Assembly (NCBI GenBank): GCA_026397045.1
Contig: JAPLVO010000009.1
Coordinates: forward strand, 1,548-65,547
Origin: Patescibacteria group bacterium
GTDB taxonomy: Bacteria > Patescibacteriota > Saccharimonadia > CAILAD01 > BJGX01
Direction of reading: 5' to 3'
DNA length: 64,000 nt
The notes under the pieces are model-generated. The model did not search any database, was not told the origin of the DNA, and saw only the letters and a list, made by a program, of their open reading frames with translations. Positions 50,621-61,531 of this stretch are shown one piece after another. The translations under genes were made by a program, and so were the position numbers. Within the stretch, counting starts at the first letter, position 1. The number at the start of each line of letters is the position of its first letter.

Positions 50621-51964
50621 TTACTTTAATGATTTTATTGCATCGGCAATTGTTCTAACCCCGATGCAGCCAGTTCCGCTGACGCTAGCTGGGACAATAG
50701 CCTTACCAAAACCTAACTTCTTGGCTTCCTTAAGCCTAATACTGGGCATATTTACAGATCTGATCTCACCACTAAGTCCAACTTCACCGAATACCACTGA
50801 CTCCGAATTGATTACTTTTCCGCTCGACGCGGATGCTATGGCCAAAATAATTGCTAGATCAATAGCTGGCTCAGATAGCCTGATACCACCAACGATATTA
50901 ACATAAACATCCTGACTACTCAAGTTGACCCTGCCTCTTTTTTGCATCACAGCGCATAGTAAGCCAAGCCGATTAATATCGAACCCATCTGCTACTCTCT
51001 TGGGGTACCCAAACACGCTCGGGCTTACAAGGGCTTGGACCTCCACTAATATTGGCCGGCTGCCCTCCATGCCAACATATATTACGCTACCTGGCAGCTC
51101 CTGCCTTTCTTGCAATAGTGCCTTGGATGGGTTACTGACTGCGGTTAGACCCCCCTCAGTCATCTCTAGCATGCCAATCTCATTTGTAGCACCAAATCTA
51201 TTTTTTACACCCCTAAGTAACTTTAGAAGGCCATATCTTTCACCTTCAAGGTATAGGACTACATCGACTAAATGCTCCATAAGCCTTGGGCCAGCTACAT
51301 TACCTTCTTTGGTAACATGGCCAATTATTATAAAGGAAGTATTCGTGCTTTTTGCGGCCCTAACCAGGCTATTGGTATTGTTTGTTATTTGGCTTGTCGT
51401 TCCGGCTGCCCCACTAAGTTCCTGGCTAGCCATCGTTTGGATTGAATCAACTACTATTAGTTGGTACTTACTAGATTCGGCATGAGACAGAACATCCTGG
51501 ATATCGGTCGTTGCCAAGAAATCGAAGTCTGTATGTAGCCCCTTGAGCCTGCTTCCTCTTAGCTTTACTTGCGATGCAGATTCCTCGCCGCTAATATAGA
51601 GAACCTTGTAGGACTTAGCTATCTCGGCAGCAATCTGTAATACTAGGGTAGACTTACCTATGCCCGGGTCGCCTGCCAATAACACTAAGCTACCAGGCAC
51701 AATACCACCCCCTAATACGGAATCTATCTCGATGTTACCTGTGCTAATTCGGCTTTTACCAGAAGATGAAATTTCATCGAATTGTTCTGGCTGGTGAGCC
51801 TGACTGACAGATGACCTAGATTTTAATCCACCAAGCGAAACGGACTCAACTAGACTGTCCCAGGCGCCGCACTGCATACATTTGCCACCCCACTTACTAG
51901 TTATAGCGCCGCAGCTTTGGCAGGAGAATTGTTTTGTTGATTTGGCCATAGTTAAAGTATACAC
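50621..51964 (-). CDS. radA: DNA repair protein RadA/Sms
   Basis: N-terminal Zn-finger CxxC...CxxC, Walker A GDPGIGKST, KNRFG motif and a Lon-like C-terminal domain. Confidence 0.92.
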   Translation of the reverse strand: MYTLTMAKSTKQFSCQSCGAITSKWGGKCMQCGAWDSLVESVSLGGLKSRSSVSQAHQPEQFDEISSSGKSRISTGNIEIDSVLGGGIVPGSLVLLAGDPGIGKSTLVLQIAAEIAKSYKVLYISGEESASQVKLRGSRLKGLHTDFDFLATTDIQDVLSHAESSKYQLIVVDSIQTMASQELSGAAGTTSQITNNTNSLVRAAKSTNTSFIIIGHVTKEGNVAGPRLMEHLVDVVLYLEGERYGLLKLLRGVKNRFGATNEIGMLEMTEGGLTAVSNPSKALLQERQELPGSVIYVGMEGSRPILVEVQALVSPSVFGYPKRVADGFDINRLGLLCAVMQKRGRVNLSSQDVYVNIVGGIRLSEPAIDLAIILAIASASSGKVINSESVVFGEVGLSGEIRSVNMPSIRLKEAKKLGFGKAIVPASVSGTGCIGVRTIADAIKSLK

Positions 51965-51997
51965 CCCTTTTAATATACGAACAATCTACGAACAGAC

Positions 51998-54466
51998 TTA
52001 GGAGGCTCTTACCTTAAGCTCTACCAGCCCATCTTTCGCCGATACTTCTACGATATCACCGGGCTTGATCATGCCATCGACAATTTCCGTAGCGAGCTTG
52101 TCCTCTATTAGCCTTTGGACTGCTCGTTTCATAGGCCTTGCGCCATTTTCCATGTCGTAACCCTGCTCTAAGAGCAATTTCTTAACACCAGGCTTGAACT
52201 TTAACTTTACTTCTTTAGCATCGAGCCTATTAGCTAAGTCCTTTAACTGTAAATCGGCTATTTTCTCGATGTCGATTCTCGATAGCGCTTTAAACACGAC
52301 AACATGATCCACCCTATTTAGGAATTCTGGCCTAAACTGTTTTTTAAGTTGCTTCGTGATCTTTGCTGTCATTTGCCGATGTATCTGCTTTAGGTGCCTC
52401 TCTTCTTTGGGTGTATCTGTAGCGAAGCCGATTTCAGCTTCCTGGGCTAATACTTTCGCACCGACATTACTTGTCATTATTATTATGGTATTCGTAAAAT
52501 CAACTTTTTTACCTTTAGCATCTGTGAGCACACCATCCTCTAGGACCTGCAAGAGTATATTGAATATATCTGGGTGGGCTTTCTCTATTTCGTCAAACAA
52601 GACAAGGCTATATGGCCTGCGTCTTACTTTTTCTGTTAGCTGGCCAGCGTCCTCATACCCAACATAACCTGCGGGAGCCCCTACCAGACGAGACATATTA
52701 TGCTTCTCCATGAACTCACTCATGTCTACCTTTATCATGGCGTCTTTGTCGTCAAATAGCTCTTGAGACAATACCCTTGCGAGTTCTGTCTTCCCGACTC
52801 CAGTTGGCCCAAGGAACATAAAAGACCCAATTGGCTTAGATGGGTCGCTAATGCCAGTTCGATTGCGGCGAATAGCCTTTGCAATTAAATCTACAGCCTC
52901 GTCTTGGCCGATGACCTTAGATTTAATTGATTCATCTAGGTTTTTTAGGGTGTCGGTCTCGAACTTGACTAGCTTGGCAATCGGTATCCCGGTTGACTGA
53001 GCAACAACCTTGGCGATGTCATTAGCTCCGACCTGAACTTTAGCTATTTTATTATTCTTAGATTCCGCCTCATTGAGTTTTTGCTCTATAACACTAGCCT
53101 CTGATTTGAGCCTAGCGGCCTGTTCGAAGTCCTGATTGTAGACGGCATCATCAATCTGTATCAAAACCTTTTCAAGCTGCTTGGATAAATTTTTGCCGCG
53201 ACCGTCAGTACTAGATCGCGATATTCTTGCCTGGGATGAAGCCTCATCCATTAAGTCAATTGCTTTGTCTGGAAGGAACCTGTCGGCTATATAGCGTTTA
53301 GCTAACTTTGCAGCTTCTTCTATGGCTTCATCTGATATTTTTACACGATGGAATTTTTCGTATCTGGGCCTTAAGCCCATCATAACTTCGATGGTTTCCT
53401 CAACCGTTGCCTCAGGAACTATGATAGGCTGGAATCTCCTCTCCAGCGCAGTATCCTTTTCTATGTACTTTCGATACTCATCCAAAGTAGTGGCTCCTAT
53501 TGTCTGGACCTCGCCACGAGATAGCGCAGGCTTTAGTATATTGGCAGCATCTATAGCCCCCTCAGCGCTTCCAGCACCTACTACATTATGAAGTTCATCG
53601 ATAAATAATATCACATCTTTAGATGCCTTAACTTCATCTATTATCTTCTTAAGTCTTTCTTCGAACTCTCCGCGAAACTTTGTGCCCGCTATAACAGATG
53701 CCATATCGAGCATCATTAGCCTTTTACCAATAAGCATCTCGGGAACTTTTTCGTCCACTATTCTCTTGGCTAGGCCTTCGACTATAGCAGTTTTACCAAC
53801 ACCTGGCTCTCCTATTAGAACTGGGTTGTTCTTGCTGCGCCGATTTAGTATTTGAATCATTCGGTCTATCTGAACTCCCCTGCCGATAACTGGGTCTAGG
53901 GACCCCTTAGAGGCTTTCTCGGTCAGATCAATACCAAAATGGTCAAGCGCTGGTGTCTTGGTTTGCTTGGAGCCTTTTCTGGCACTACTAGATTGTGGTA
54001 TCTCAACCTGTGAGGGTTGGGAGTTGAGGTACTCTTCGAGCTCAGCCCGAACGGTACCTGGAGCCACCTGCATATCTTTCAAAATAGTAATAGCTCTAGA
54101 ATTTTTTTGGCTCAAGATTGCAAAAAGCAAGTGCTCTGTTCCGGCGTATGGCTGGCCATATTGCTGGGCAATGCGCAGAGCAGAAGTTATGGTTTGTTTG
54201 GCTGTTTCGGAAAGCTCAATAGCGTTAGCGTGGGTGGATGTCTGGATGCTATGCTTTGGGCTAATTGGAACATTATCTATCCTAACCCCCATATCGGAAA
54301 GTAATCTAGCGCCAATGGAGCTTTGGGCTTTTAGCATCCCCAGCAAAAGATGCTCGGTACCTATATAGTTAGAGTCCATATTTATCGCTAAGAGGCCAGC
54401 ATTCTCCAGGCTCTTTCTTGCGTTTAGAGTGAATCTATCAAAGTGGCTTAAAAAATCTTCTTGCAT
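51998..54466 (-). CDS. clpC: Clp ATPase ClpC-type (N-terminal Clp_N repeats, two AAA+ modules)
   Basis: Two Walker A motifs ([16 protein letters not shown]), a UVR-like linker and ClpB/ClpC signature segments. Confidence 0.9.
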   Translation of the reverse strand: MQEDFLSHFDRFTLNARKSLENAGLLAINMDSNYIGTEHLLLGMLKAQSSIGARLLSDMGVRIDNVPISPKHSIQTSTHANAIELSETAKQTITSALRIAQQYGQPYAGTEHLLFAILSQKNSRAITILKDMQVAPGTVRAELEEYLNSQPSQVEIPQSSSARKGSKQTKTPALDHFGIDLTEKASKGSLDPVIGRGVQIDRMIQILNRRSKNNPVLIGEPGVGKTAIVEGLAKRIVDEKVPEMLIGKRLMMLDMASVIAGTKFRGEFEERLKKIIDEVKASKDVILFIDELHNVVGAGSAEGAIDAANILKPALSRGEVQTIGATTLDEYRKYIEKDTALERRFQPIIVPEATVEETIEVMMGLRPRYEKFHRVKISDEAIEEAAKLAKRYIADRFLPDKAIDLMDEASSQARISRSSTDGRGKNLSKQLEKVLIQIDDAVYNQDFEQAARLKSEASVIEQKLNEAESKNNKIAKVQVGANDIAKVVAQSTGIPIAKLVKFETDTLKNLDESIKSKVIGQDEAVDLIAKAIRRNRTGISDPSKPIGSFMFLGPTGVGKTELARVLSQELFDDKDAMIKVDMSEFMEKHNMSRLVGAPAGYVGYEDAGQLTEKVRRRPYSLVLFDEIEKAHPDIFNILLQVLEDGVLTDAKGKKVDFTNTIIIMTSNVGAKVLAQEAEIGFATDTPKEERHLKQIHRQMTAKITKQLKKQFRPEFLNRVDHVVVFKALSRIDIEKIADLQLKDLANRLDAKEVKLKFKPGVKKLLLEQGYDMENGARPMKRAVQRLIEDKLATEIVDGMIKPGDIVEVSAKDGLVELKVRAS

Positions 54467-54507
54467 TGCTCTTGTCCTTTCTTACATCTTACCAAAGTTT
54501 TAGGTTT

Positions 54508-55701
54508 TTAGCTGCCTTTCGGGCTGCCTTGTGGCTTTTCTTCGGAGGTAGAATCTGGCTCTGGAGTTGCCTCAGAATCGCTGATTGCTGAAATCAAAGA
54601 CTCCTCAATGTCGGCAGTCTTTTTAGGCTTAGGCTGATCTTGGATTTCCTTAGCGGTCTGCTCTATGCCAGAATCATCTGAGCCATCTATATCCACATTC
54701 CATCCAGTCAGCTTGGCAGCCAATCTAACATTTTGGCCAGCCTTGCCGATTGCTAGACTCAGCTGATCCTCGGGGACCTTTACTAGGGCTTTTTTATTTT
54801 CTGCGTCAATCTTGACACTTATGACCTTAGTTGGCGATAGAGCGTTGGTAATATATTCCGCAGGGTCATCGCTATAGGCTATTATATCTATTTTTTCTTC
54901 ACCGAGCTCACTCATCACGGACTGGACCCTACTGCCTCGACCACCCACAAATGTGCCTACTGGGTCTACACCATCAGAGTTTGACTTTACGGCTATCTTG
55001 GTTCGAGCCCCAGCCTCTCTAGCAATATCCGCGATCTCAACATTGCCATTTTCTATTTCTGGCACCTCCAGCTCAAATAATCTGCGCACCATATCAGGGT
55101 GCGTCCTGCTTACAACGATCTGAGGACCACGGCTGGTTTGTTCGGCTCTGACCACGAATACCTTTACCTTTTGCCCTGGATAGTACTTTTCATTTGGGAT
55201 CTGGTCATTAGGGAACATAACACCGGTTGCTCTGCCTAAATCAATATATACATTCCCATTCTCAAAGCGCTGCACTATAGCATTAATCAGCAAGCCCTCT
55301 TTATCGCTAAATTCACTAAATACTACATCGCGCTCGGCCTCTCTGATGCGCTGCACAATAACCTGCTTAGCTGTCTGGGCCGCTACTCTACCAAATTCTT
55401 TACTCTCCTCTTTAAGCTCGAGCATATCTTCGACTTTGGCATCTTTTTTAATTTTCTTAGCATCTGCCAAAGATATTTGAACCATTGGGTCTTCGACCTG
55501 TTCAGTCACTTCCTTGGTAATATAAATTGTTGCTTCGCCATTATCGTTGTTTAGTTCGGCCCTAACTTCTTGCTCTTTATCACCGAAGTCTTTTTTGTAG
55601 GCTGCTACAATAGCGGCCGATATAGCTTCCAGCACCATATCTTTAGATACGCCCTTCTCTTCACATATTTGTTCTATTGCTGATAAAAATTGATTTTGCA
55701 T
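54508..55701 (-). CDS. nusA: Transcription termination/antitermination factor NusA
   Basis: N-terminal domain, S1 domain and two KH domains, with an acidic C-terminal tail. Confidence 0.92.
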   Translation of the reverse strand: MQNQFLSAIEQICEEKGVSKDMVLEAISAAIVAAYKKDFGDKEQEVRAELNNDNGEATIYITKEVTEQVEDPMVQISLADAKKIKKDAKVEDMLELKEESKEFGRVAAQTAKQVIVQRIREAERDVVFSEFSDKEGLLINAIVQRFENGNVYIDLGRATGVMFPNDQIPNEKYYPGQKVKVFVVRAEQTSRGPQIVVSRTHPDMVRRLFELEVPEIENGNVEIADIAREAGARTKIAVKSNSDGVDPVGTFVGGRGSRVQSVMSELGEEKIDIIAYSDDPAEYITNALSPTKVISVKIDAENKKALVKVPEDQLSLAIGKAGQNVRLAAKLTGWNVDIDGSDDSGIEQTAKEIQDQPKPKKTADIEESLISAISDSEATPEPDSTSEEKPQGSPKGS

Positions 55702-55809
55702 AATTCTCCTATTAAGATGTTATTAAGTTGTACTGCAGTCCCTCTGAACAAAAAAGCCGGCACTTCAAAGAGGCAACCGACTAAGTTATTTAATACAGAC
55801 TATGACACT

Positions 55810-55839
55810 ATTTTAGTACCAATAGCAGGTATATGTCAA
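55810..55839 (-). promoter_or_regulatory. Candidate promoter TTGACA-18-TAAAAT upstream of nusA
   Basis: Minus strand TTGACA (55839-55834), 18-nt spacer, TAAAAT (55815-55810). Confidence 0.45.
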
Positions 55840-55851
55840 TAGCAGCTGATG

Positions 55852-56202
55852 CTAATTAACTGCGTCTAGGATGTGCTCGATAGCTCCTTGGCCATCCACC
55901 GATATAACATCTAGCCTTGGCTGTAATGATTCGGGCTGAGGATTGATAGATAGCCAATATTGAGCTGCATTCCTGAGCCGCCTTTGCTTATCTTTTGAGA
56001 TAGCCGACAGGCCGCCGCCAAAGCCCGAATTGCTTCTATATTTAACCTCCACAAAGCAAATATACTCAACATTTTGAGCAATTATATCGATTTCACTAAA
56101 TCTATTGCGGTAATTCCTTTCAATAATGCTATAGCCGATACTAGCTAAATACTCGGCTGCTAATGCCTCTGCCTTGAGCCCAATGGCAGTAGTATTTTTC
56201 AT
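55852..56202 (-). CDS. YraN/UPF0102 family endonuclease-like protein
   Basis: GLKAEALAAEYLASIGYSIIERNYR...EIDIIA...FVEVKYR motif pattern. Confidence 0.8.
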   Translation of the reverse strand: MKNTTAIGLKAEALAAEYLASIGYSIIERNYRNRFSEIDIIAQNVEYICFVEVKYRSNSGFGGGLSAISKDKQRRLRNAAQYWLSINPQPESLQPRLDVISVDGQGAIEHILDAVN

Positions 56203-56807
56203 AGATACTTTCCGCAGAAGCTAATTCGGTGGAGATCAGTTATACCAATACTCCTAATTGTAGTTATGTGCTGATTTGTGCCATAGCCAACATTATTGCG
56301 GAGCCCATAGCCTGGATATAAATTATCCTGCTCATGCATAAACTCATCTCTTGCGAACTTAGCGACTATACTAGCAGCCGCAACACAGGCAACCTTAGTG
56401 TCTGCCTTAACTACCGATACTGCGCACGAGTAATCATCCAGATAGTTATAATTGCCATCTAAAATAGCTATACTAAATTCTACCTCCATGCCCTCTAGGG
56501 CTCTTTCGTAGGCTAGTACCACCGCTCTTGTAAGACCTATTTGATCTATCTCTACATTACTTACCCAACCCAAGCCATACGCCACAGATTCTTTTCTAAT
56601 CAGGAAAGCCATTTCAGCCCTGCGCCTAGGACTTAGCAGCTTGGAGTCAGCCAATCTATAAGAGAAGCTACTAGGCAATATCACAGCTCCAGCAACCAGT
56701 GGGCCAGCTAAGGAGCCTCTCCCCACCTCATCTATTCCAGCTATAAGATTATAACCTTGCCGTCTAAGGGTGTTTTCGAGTCTTTTTGTTGCCATTGGTA
56801 TCATCAA
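56199..56807 (-). CDS. rnhB: Ribonuclease HII
   Basis: GIDEVGRGSLAGPLVAGAVIL catalytic motif. Confidence 0.92.
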   Translation of the reverse strand: MMIPMATKRLENTLRRQGYNLIAGIDEVGRGSLAGPLVAGAVILPSSFSYRLADSKLLSPRRRAEMAFLIRKESVAYGLGWVSNVEIDQIGLTRAVVLAYERALEGMEVEFSIAILDGNYNYLDDYSCAVSVVKADTKVACVAAASIVAKFARDEFMHEQDNLYPGYGLRNNVGYGTNQHITTIRSIGITDLHRISFCGKYL

Positions 56808-56862
56808 GCCCCCTCTATGATTAAAACTACTGCATGCTTGCTTTAAGCAATAGCTTATAATT

Positions 56863-56910
56863 ATCAGTAATTAAAAAATGGCCTCACTAGGCCATTTTTT
56901 AATTACTGAT
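56863..56910 (-). terminator. 48-bp perfect palindrome (22-bp stem, 4-nt loop) downstream of rplS; a bidirectional intrinsic terminator
   Basis: ATCAGTAATTAAAAAATGGCCT-cact-AGGCCATTTTTTAATTACTGAT. Confidence 0.65.
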
Positions 56911-56929
56911 AGCTGTGATAGCCAGCCTA

Positions 56930-57577
56930 CTATTTCTTCTCGGCCTTATCAATGCCTGCTTCAAATTCTTCAGCTGGGAGCTGAGCCTCATCCTGCCCGT
57001 CAGTATTGATCTTTTCATCTGCAGGCTTGGATTTAGGTGCTTCGTCATTGCTAGGGTCATCACTAGAGGCTTGCTTGTTTTCTTTCTTTGCTAGATCTTC
57101 GGTACTCTCATCTACTTGGTTTAGCTCATCGTTATTTTCCGATACTACCGAGCCATCGATCTTCGGCTGATCCTCTTTAGTAATTTCAGGCTGGATGCGG
57201 TCGTCGGCGTCGTTGACGGCATTTCTGTCAAAGTCTTGCTCTGCCATACGGGCAGACTTACCAGATCTAGATCGCATATAGCTGAGTACTGCTCTTCGAA
57301 CTTTACTCCTCTTTGTGATTTGTATTTTAACAACATTAGGGCTGTGTACGAACCAACTCTTTTCTACTCCAACACCAGATGCTACCTTTCGGACGGTGAT
57401 AAATGCTCCTACGCCACCAGTTCTGCGGAAGCTAATAACTAGCCCCTCGAAAATCTGAATGCGCTCTTTCTTGCCCTCTGTGATTCTTTGGTGCACTCGA
57501 ACAGTATCCCCGGCTCTAATGTCGGCGATCTTCTGCTTTACGGAGCTCTTTTCTATGGCTGATAGGGCTTCTTGCAT
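56930..57577 (-). CDS. rplS: 50S ribosomal protein L19 with an about 100-aa acidic C-terminal extension
   Basis: L19 core (first about 115 aa: IADIRAGDTVRVHQRITEGKKERIQIFEGLVI...) followed by a D/E/S-rich tail. Confidence 0.9.
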   Translation of the reverse strand: MQEALSAIEKSSVKQKIADIRAGDTVRVHQRITEGKKERIQIFEGLVISFRRTGGVGAFITVRKVASGVGVEKSWFVHSPNVVKIQITKRSKVRRAVLSYMRSRSGKSARMAEQDFDRNAVNDADDRIQPEITKEDQPKIDGSVVSENNDELNQVDESTEDLAKKENKQASSDDPSNDEAPKSKPADEKINTDGQDEAQLPAEEFEAGIDKAEKK

Positions 57578-57634
57578 AACGAAACAATTCTAACATAGCG
57601 GGCTAGATCTGGCAATAGCTGGAGTAACCAGTGT

Positions 57635-60600
57635 CTAGCCAGCACTACTAGGAACTTCATCCTCCAAGACAACATTTCCAGACCCAGCTATTGAGGCTAG
57701 CGCTGATATCAGCTTATCGTCTACTAGAACCCTATTGGGCAATTTTAACTTTTGAGCCGATTTTACGAATTCGAGCGTTACTATGCTCTCCCCTGGGTGG
57801 GCATCCAGTAGATGCTTGATTCGCGTTAGCTCGGTAGTATCGTGTAGAGATTTAAGAATAATTGCTATGCTAGCGACATTTTTAGGGGCAGTTCTTTGCT
57901 TTGGAGCAAGCCATTTGCGGGCCGTGTCGGCGTTTAGGACTTTGGCATTATCAGCCATAACCTTCACTTCATCCGTTGGTCTTCCTTCGCGGTCCTTGGC
58001 ATTAACCTTTCCTATAACCTCAATAATATTGTCCAAAGCCCAAATACCCTCTTGCCTCTGGAAGGTTCGGGGAAACACAATTAATTCTATGTCACCATCG
58101 AGTGTCTCTAGGGTGACAAATGCCATTGGGTCATTGTTTTTGGTGTATATTTTACGCATGGCCGTAACAATTCCCCCGATAGCAATCTGCTTACCATCAT
58201 CCTGCTTGGTGAAATTCTTGATGGATTGGGTCTTGTGCTTCAGATAGTTTTTGAAATCATCCAGCGGATGAGTGCTCACATACAGACCTAGCAGTTCCTT
58301 TTCCCAAACCAGGTGTTGCCTAGGGTCGATCTTGCCGGAAGGTGAATCCATACTTATCGCAGGGATTTCTTCATGCAAATTAAGGGTGCCGAATATGTCA
58401 ATCTGGCCAGAGAGGGCATTTTTTTGGACTCGGCTAGCATAAGAAGTGACCTTGTCGACATTACAAAGCAGGGTATCTCTATCTCCAAGACTATCGAAAG
58501 CACCACACTTAATTAAGCTTTCCATTACTTTCTTATTTACAACAGTAGCATCTACCCTTTGGGCAAAATCTTCAACGGATTTAAAGTTACCTTCCTTTTC
58601 TCTAGCTTCTATAATCTTCTCTATTGGGCCACGACCAACATTTTTTACCGCTCCAAGGCCAAATCTTATATTTCCTGTCTTAGGTACCACCGCGAATTCC
58701 ATATATGACTCATTTATATGCGGTGGCAAAACCTCCAAGCCCATTTTGCGGCATTCTGCGACTTCGATTGCAATCCTATCTAGGTTGTCGTGATCACTAG
58801 TCAGCAGGGCTGCCATAAATGCAGATGGGTAGTGACTTTTCAGGAAGGCTGTCTGTACAGATATTAGGGCATAGCAAGCAGCATGGGACTTATTGAAGCT
58901 ATAGGCCGCGAAGTCCTCTAGGCCCTTCCAGAGGTCTTCTACGAATTTTTGCTCGGTATTAGATACGCTTATAGCGCCATCAATAAACTCCTTTTTCATC
59001 TTAGCCAAAACAGCTGGGTTTTTCTTTCCTATACCTTTGCGTAAAGTGTCTGCCTGGCCGCCCGTGAAACCACACAAGTCCTTGGCGATTTGCATCACCT
59101 GCTCCTGATATACGATGATGCCATATGTTTCTTTAAGGGCAGACTCCATCTTGGGGTGGCCATAAGCCACTAGCTTTGGGTTATGCTTTCGATTAATAAA
59201 ATCCTCAATCCATTGCATCGGGCCTGGTCTGTAGAGAGACACCATGGCTATAATATCTTCGAACTTATCAGGCTTTAAGTCTCTTAAATAACGCTTCATC
59301 CCAGCCGACTCTAGCTGGAATACTCCAGTTGTATCACCATTACTAAGCAGCTCGAATGTGCTTTTGTCATCAATCGGTATCTGATTTATATTTATTTCTT
59401 CGCCATATACCTTTTTAATAATTCTGAGGGCGTTCTTAATAACCGTTAGGTTAGATAGACCCAAGAAATCGAACTTCAAAAGGCCTAAGTCCTCTATCGG
59501 ATTCATAGAATATTGGGTGGCTATGCCCCCTTTGCTTGCTCTAGTTAATGGAGTGTACTCAACTAACGGCTCGGGCGCTATGACCACACCTGCGGCGTGC
59601 GTACCAGCATTTCTGATAGTCCCCTCGAGCTTTATAGCTATGTCGATAACTTCCTTAGCTCTCGGATTATTATTATATTCCGTTCTTAGCTCTGGGTTCT
59701 CTAGTATCGAAACTTTTAGGGGTATATGTCTACCCTGAACGGGTGCAGGAATACTCTTAGCTATAGCATCTACCTCGCCGTATGGCAGTCCTAATACTCT
59801 GCCTGTGTCGCGCACTGCGTTTCTGGCCGCCATCGTTCCGAAGGTGATTATCTGGGCTACTCTCTCTTGGCCATACTTTTGAGTTGCATATGCAATTACC
59901 TCCTCTCTCCTGTCGTCCGCGTAGTCCATATCTATATCTGGCATACTAATCCTTTCGGGGTTGAGAAACCTCTCGAAGAGTAAGCCGTATTTAATAGGAT
60001 TTATCTCGGTAATATTTGTGCAATATGCGATTATGCTACCTGCTGCGCTACCTCTGCCAGGGCCACATACTATACCTTGGTTCTTGCTCCAATTGATTAA
60101 ATCCGCCACAATTAGCATATAGCCTTCATAGCCCATTTGGGCTATCACCTTCAATTCATACTCAATCCTATCGAGAATGACGCTATCTAACTTTGGCGAT
60201 ACCTTATCCTCAGTCATTTTGTCTAAATTTCCCTCAGGGATGTCAGTAAACCTATTGGCAGCCCCCTGATAGACTAGTTTGCGTAAATAACTTTTTTCTG
60301 TTTCTCCTTTAGGGACGCTGGGAAAGGTGGGGATGAGTATTTTGCCTAGTTCGATCTCGATATTACACATTTTGGCTATCTTAAGGGTGTTGGTAATAGC
60401 CTCTGGACAATCTTTGAACCTATCGCGGAAGAAGCTACCAGGCTGAACCGATAAATCCATATCTAATTTCATCCGCCTAGGATCCTCCAATTTAGAGCCG
60501 GTCTGAACACAAAGCAATATATCGTGAGGGTAATGGTCGTCTACGGTTGAATAGTGGCAATCGCCAGTGGCTACCAAGCCTATAGACATCTGCTTAGCAA

Positions 60601-61243
60601 TTTTTCTTAATCCAGCGTTTAGCTTCTTCTGGGGCTCCCAATCGATATGTGGCTGCATCTCTAAATAATAGTTTTCCTTACCGAATACACTTTTATACCA
60701 CTTTGCTATATCCAAAGCTTGTTCATATTGGTCATTGCTTATCAGGCTCCCTAGCTCACCGCCTAGGCACCCTGAGAGCACCACTAGACCATCCGAATAC
60801 TTTTCCAGAAGATCATGGTCTACTCTGGGCTTATAATAAAACCCTTCGAGGCTTGCAATAGTGCTAAGCTTCATTAAATTCTTGTAGCCAGCGTGGTTTT
60901 TTGCTAGCAGTGTTAAGTGATAAGGTTTTCTATCTTCGGCCGAGTTCTTATCGGTGTGCTTCCTGGGGGATACATAGGTTTCCAGGCCGATGATAGGTCT
61001 TATGCCTCTGTCTTTACAGGCTTTGTAGAACTCAATCGCTCCCCCGAGCGTGCCGTGGTCGGTAATTGCCACCGAAGACTGTCCGATCTGCTCTATCCTA
61101 TCGATCAGCTGGGGAACTTTTTGAAGGCCATCTAGTAGGCTGTAATGTGTATGGTTGTGTAGATGTACGAAGTCAACAAAGCCAGGCTCGTTTCGGGCCT
61201 TACTAATAACATCATTACCAACTCCGCTAGCAGACCCCTCCAT
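57635..61243 (-). CDS. dnaE: DNA polymerase III alpha subunit
   Basis: PHP domain HLHNHTHYSLLDG, polymerase core motifs and an OB-fold region. Confidence 0.95.
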   Translation of the reverse strand: MEGSASGVGNDVISKARNEPGFVDFVHLHNHTHYSLLDGLQKVPQLIDRIEQIGQSSVAITDHGTLGGAIEFYKACKDRGIRPIIGLETYVSPRKHTDKNSAEDRKPYHLTLLAKNHAGYKNLMKLSTIASLEGFYYKPRVDHDLLEKYSDGLVVLSGCLGGELGSLISNDQYEQALDIAKWYKSVFGKENYYLEMQPHIDWEPQKKLNAGLRKIAKQMSIGLVATGDCHYSTVDDHYPHDILLCVQTGSKLEDPRRMKLDMDLSVQPGSFFRDRFKDCPEAITNTLKIAKMCNIEIELGKILIPTFPSVPKGETEKSYLRKLVYQGAANRFTDIPEGNLDKMTEDKVSPKLDSVILDRIEYELKVIAQMGYEGYMLIVADLINWSKNQGIVCGPGRGSAAGSIIAYCTNITEINPIKYGLLFERFLNPERISMPDIDMDYADDRREEVIAYATQKYGQERVAQIITFGTMAARNAVRDTGRVLGLPYGEVDAIAKSIPAPVQGRHIPLKVSILENPELRTEYNNNPRAKEVIDIAIKLEGTIRNAGTHAAGVVIAPEPLVEYTPLTRASKGGIATQYSMNPIEDLGLLKFDFLGLSNLTVIKNALRIIKKVYGEEININQIPIDDKSTFELLSNGDTTGVFQLESAGMKRYLRDLKPDKFEDIIAMVSLYRPGPMQWIEDFINRKHNPKLVAYGHPKMESALKETYGIIVYQEQVMQIAKDLCGFTGGQADTLRKGIGKKNPAVLAKMKKEFIDGAISVSNTEQKFVEDLWKGLEDFAAYSFNKSHAACYALISVQTAFLKSHYPSAFMAALLTSDHDNLDRIAIEVAECRKMGLEVLPPHINESYMEFAVVPKTGNIRFGLGAVKNVGRGPIEKIIEAREKEGNFKSVEDFAQRVDATVVNKKVMESLIKCGAFDSLGDRDTLLCNVDKVTSYASRVQKNALSGQIDIFGTLNLHEEIPAISMDSPSGKIDPRQHLVWEKELLGLYVSTHPLDDFKNYLKHKTQSIKNFTKQDDGKQIAIGGIVTAMRKIYTKNNDPMAFVTLETLDGDIELIVFPRTFQRQEGIWALDNIIEVIGKVNAKDREGRPTDEVKVMADNAKVLNADTARKWLAPKQRTAPKNVASIAIILKSLHDTTELTRIKHLLDAHPGESIVTLEFVKSAQKLKLPNRVLVDDKLISALASIAGSGNVVLEDEVPSSAG

Positions 61244-61270
61244 TACTAACCTCCTTATTTAAAAACCTAA

Positions 61271-61531
61271 CTACTTTGTAGTAGTCTGGTAGCCTTGTCC
61301 TAATTGGCTTATGAAATCTCCGATAATTGGTAGCCCCCCAAAGCTAGCCACCAAATAACCCAACAAAACTACAGCTAAGGCCGCCCCCAAAACACCTGCA
61401 AACCCCCTAATGAAACCAGCCTTAAAGTTAAGCCAGTACAATTTTTTCTTATCATGCAATAGCTCTAACACTTGATCTAACGAGATAACGCTATTTACCT
61501 CTAATTTGTTTGTTTTATTTTTATCAGCCAT
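61271..61531 (-). CDS. Small membrane protein, uncharacterized
   Basis: 86 aa, one C-terminal TM helix; no recognised motif. Confidence 0.4.
   Translation of the reverse strand: MADKNKTNKLEVNSVISLDQVLELLHDKKKLYWLNFKAGFIRGFAGVLGAALAVVLLGYLVASFGGLPIIGDFISQLGQGYQTTTK

Noticed and set aside
50925-51485. 186-aa plus-strand ORF inside radA
   Set aside because: Antisense to conserved RadA coding sequence, with low-complexity translation. The same reasoning applies to 57783-58247 and 58446-58793 (inside dnaE), 53958-54368 and 54017-54304 (inside clpC), 41964-42365 (inside rsmD) and 48212-48940 (inside the PBP gene).
55760-55790. Short GCCGGC palindrome followed by TTTTTT between yraN and nusA as a terminator
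   Set aside because: The stem is only 6 bp and self-complementary, which is too weak to call. The candidate nusA promoter nearby is reported instead.
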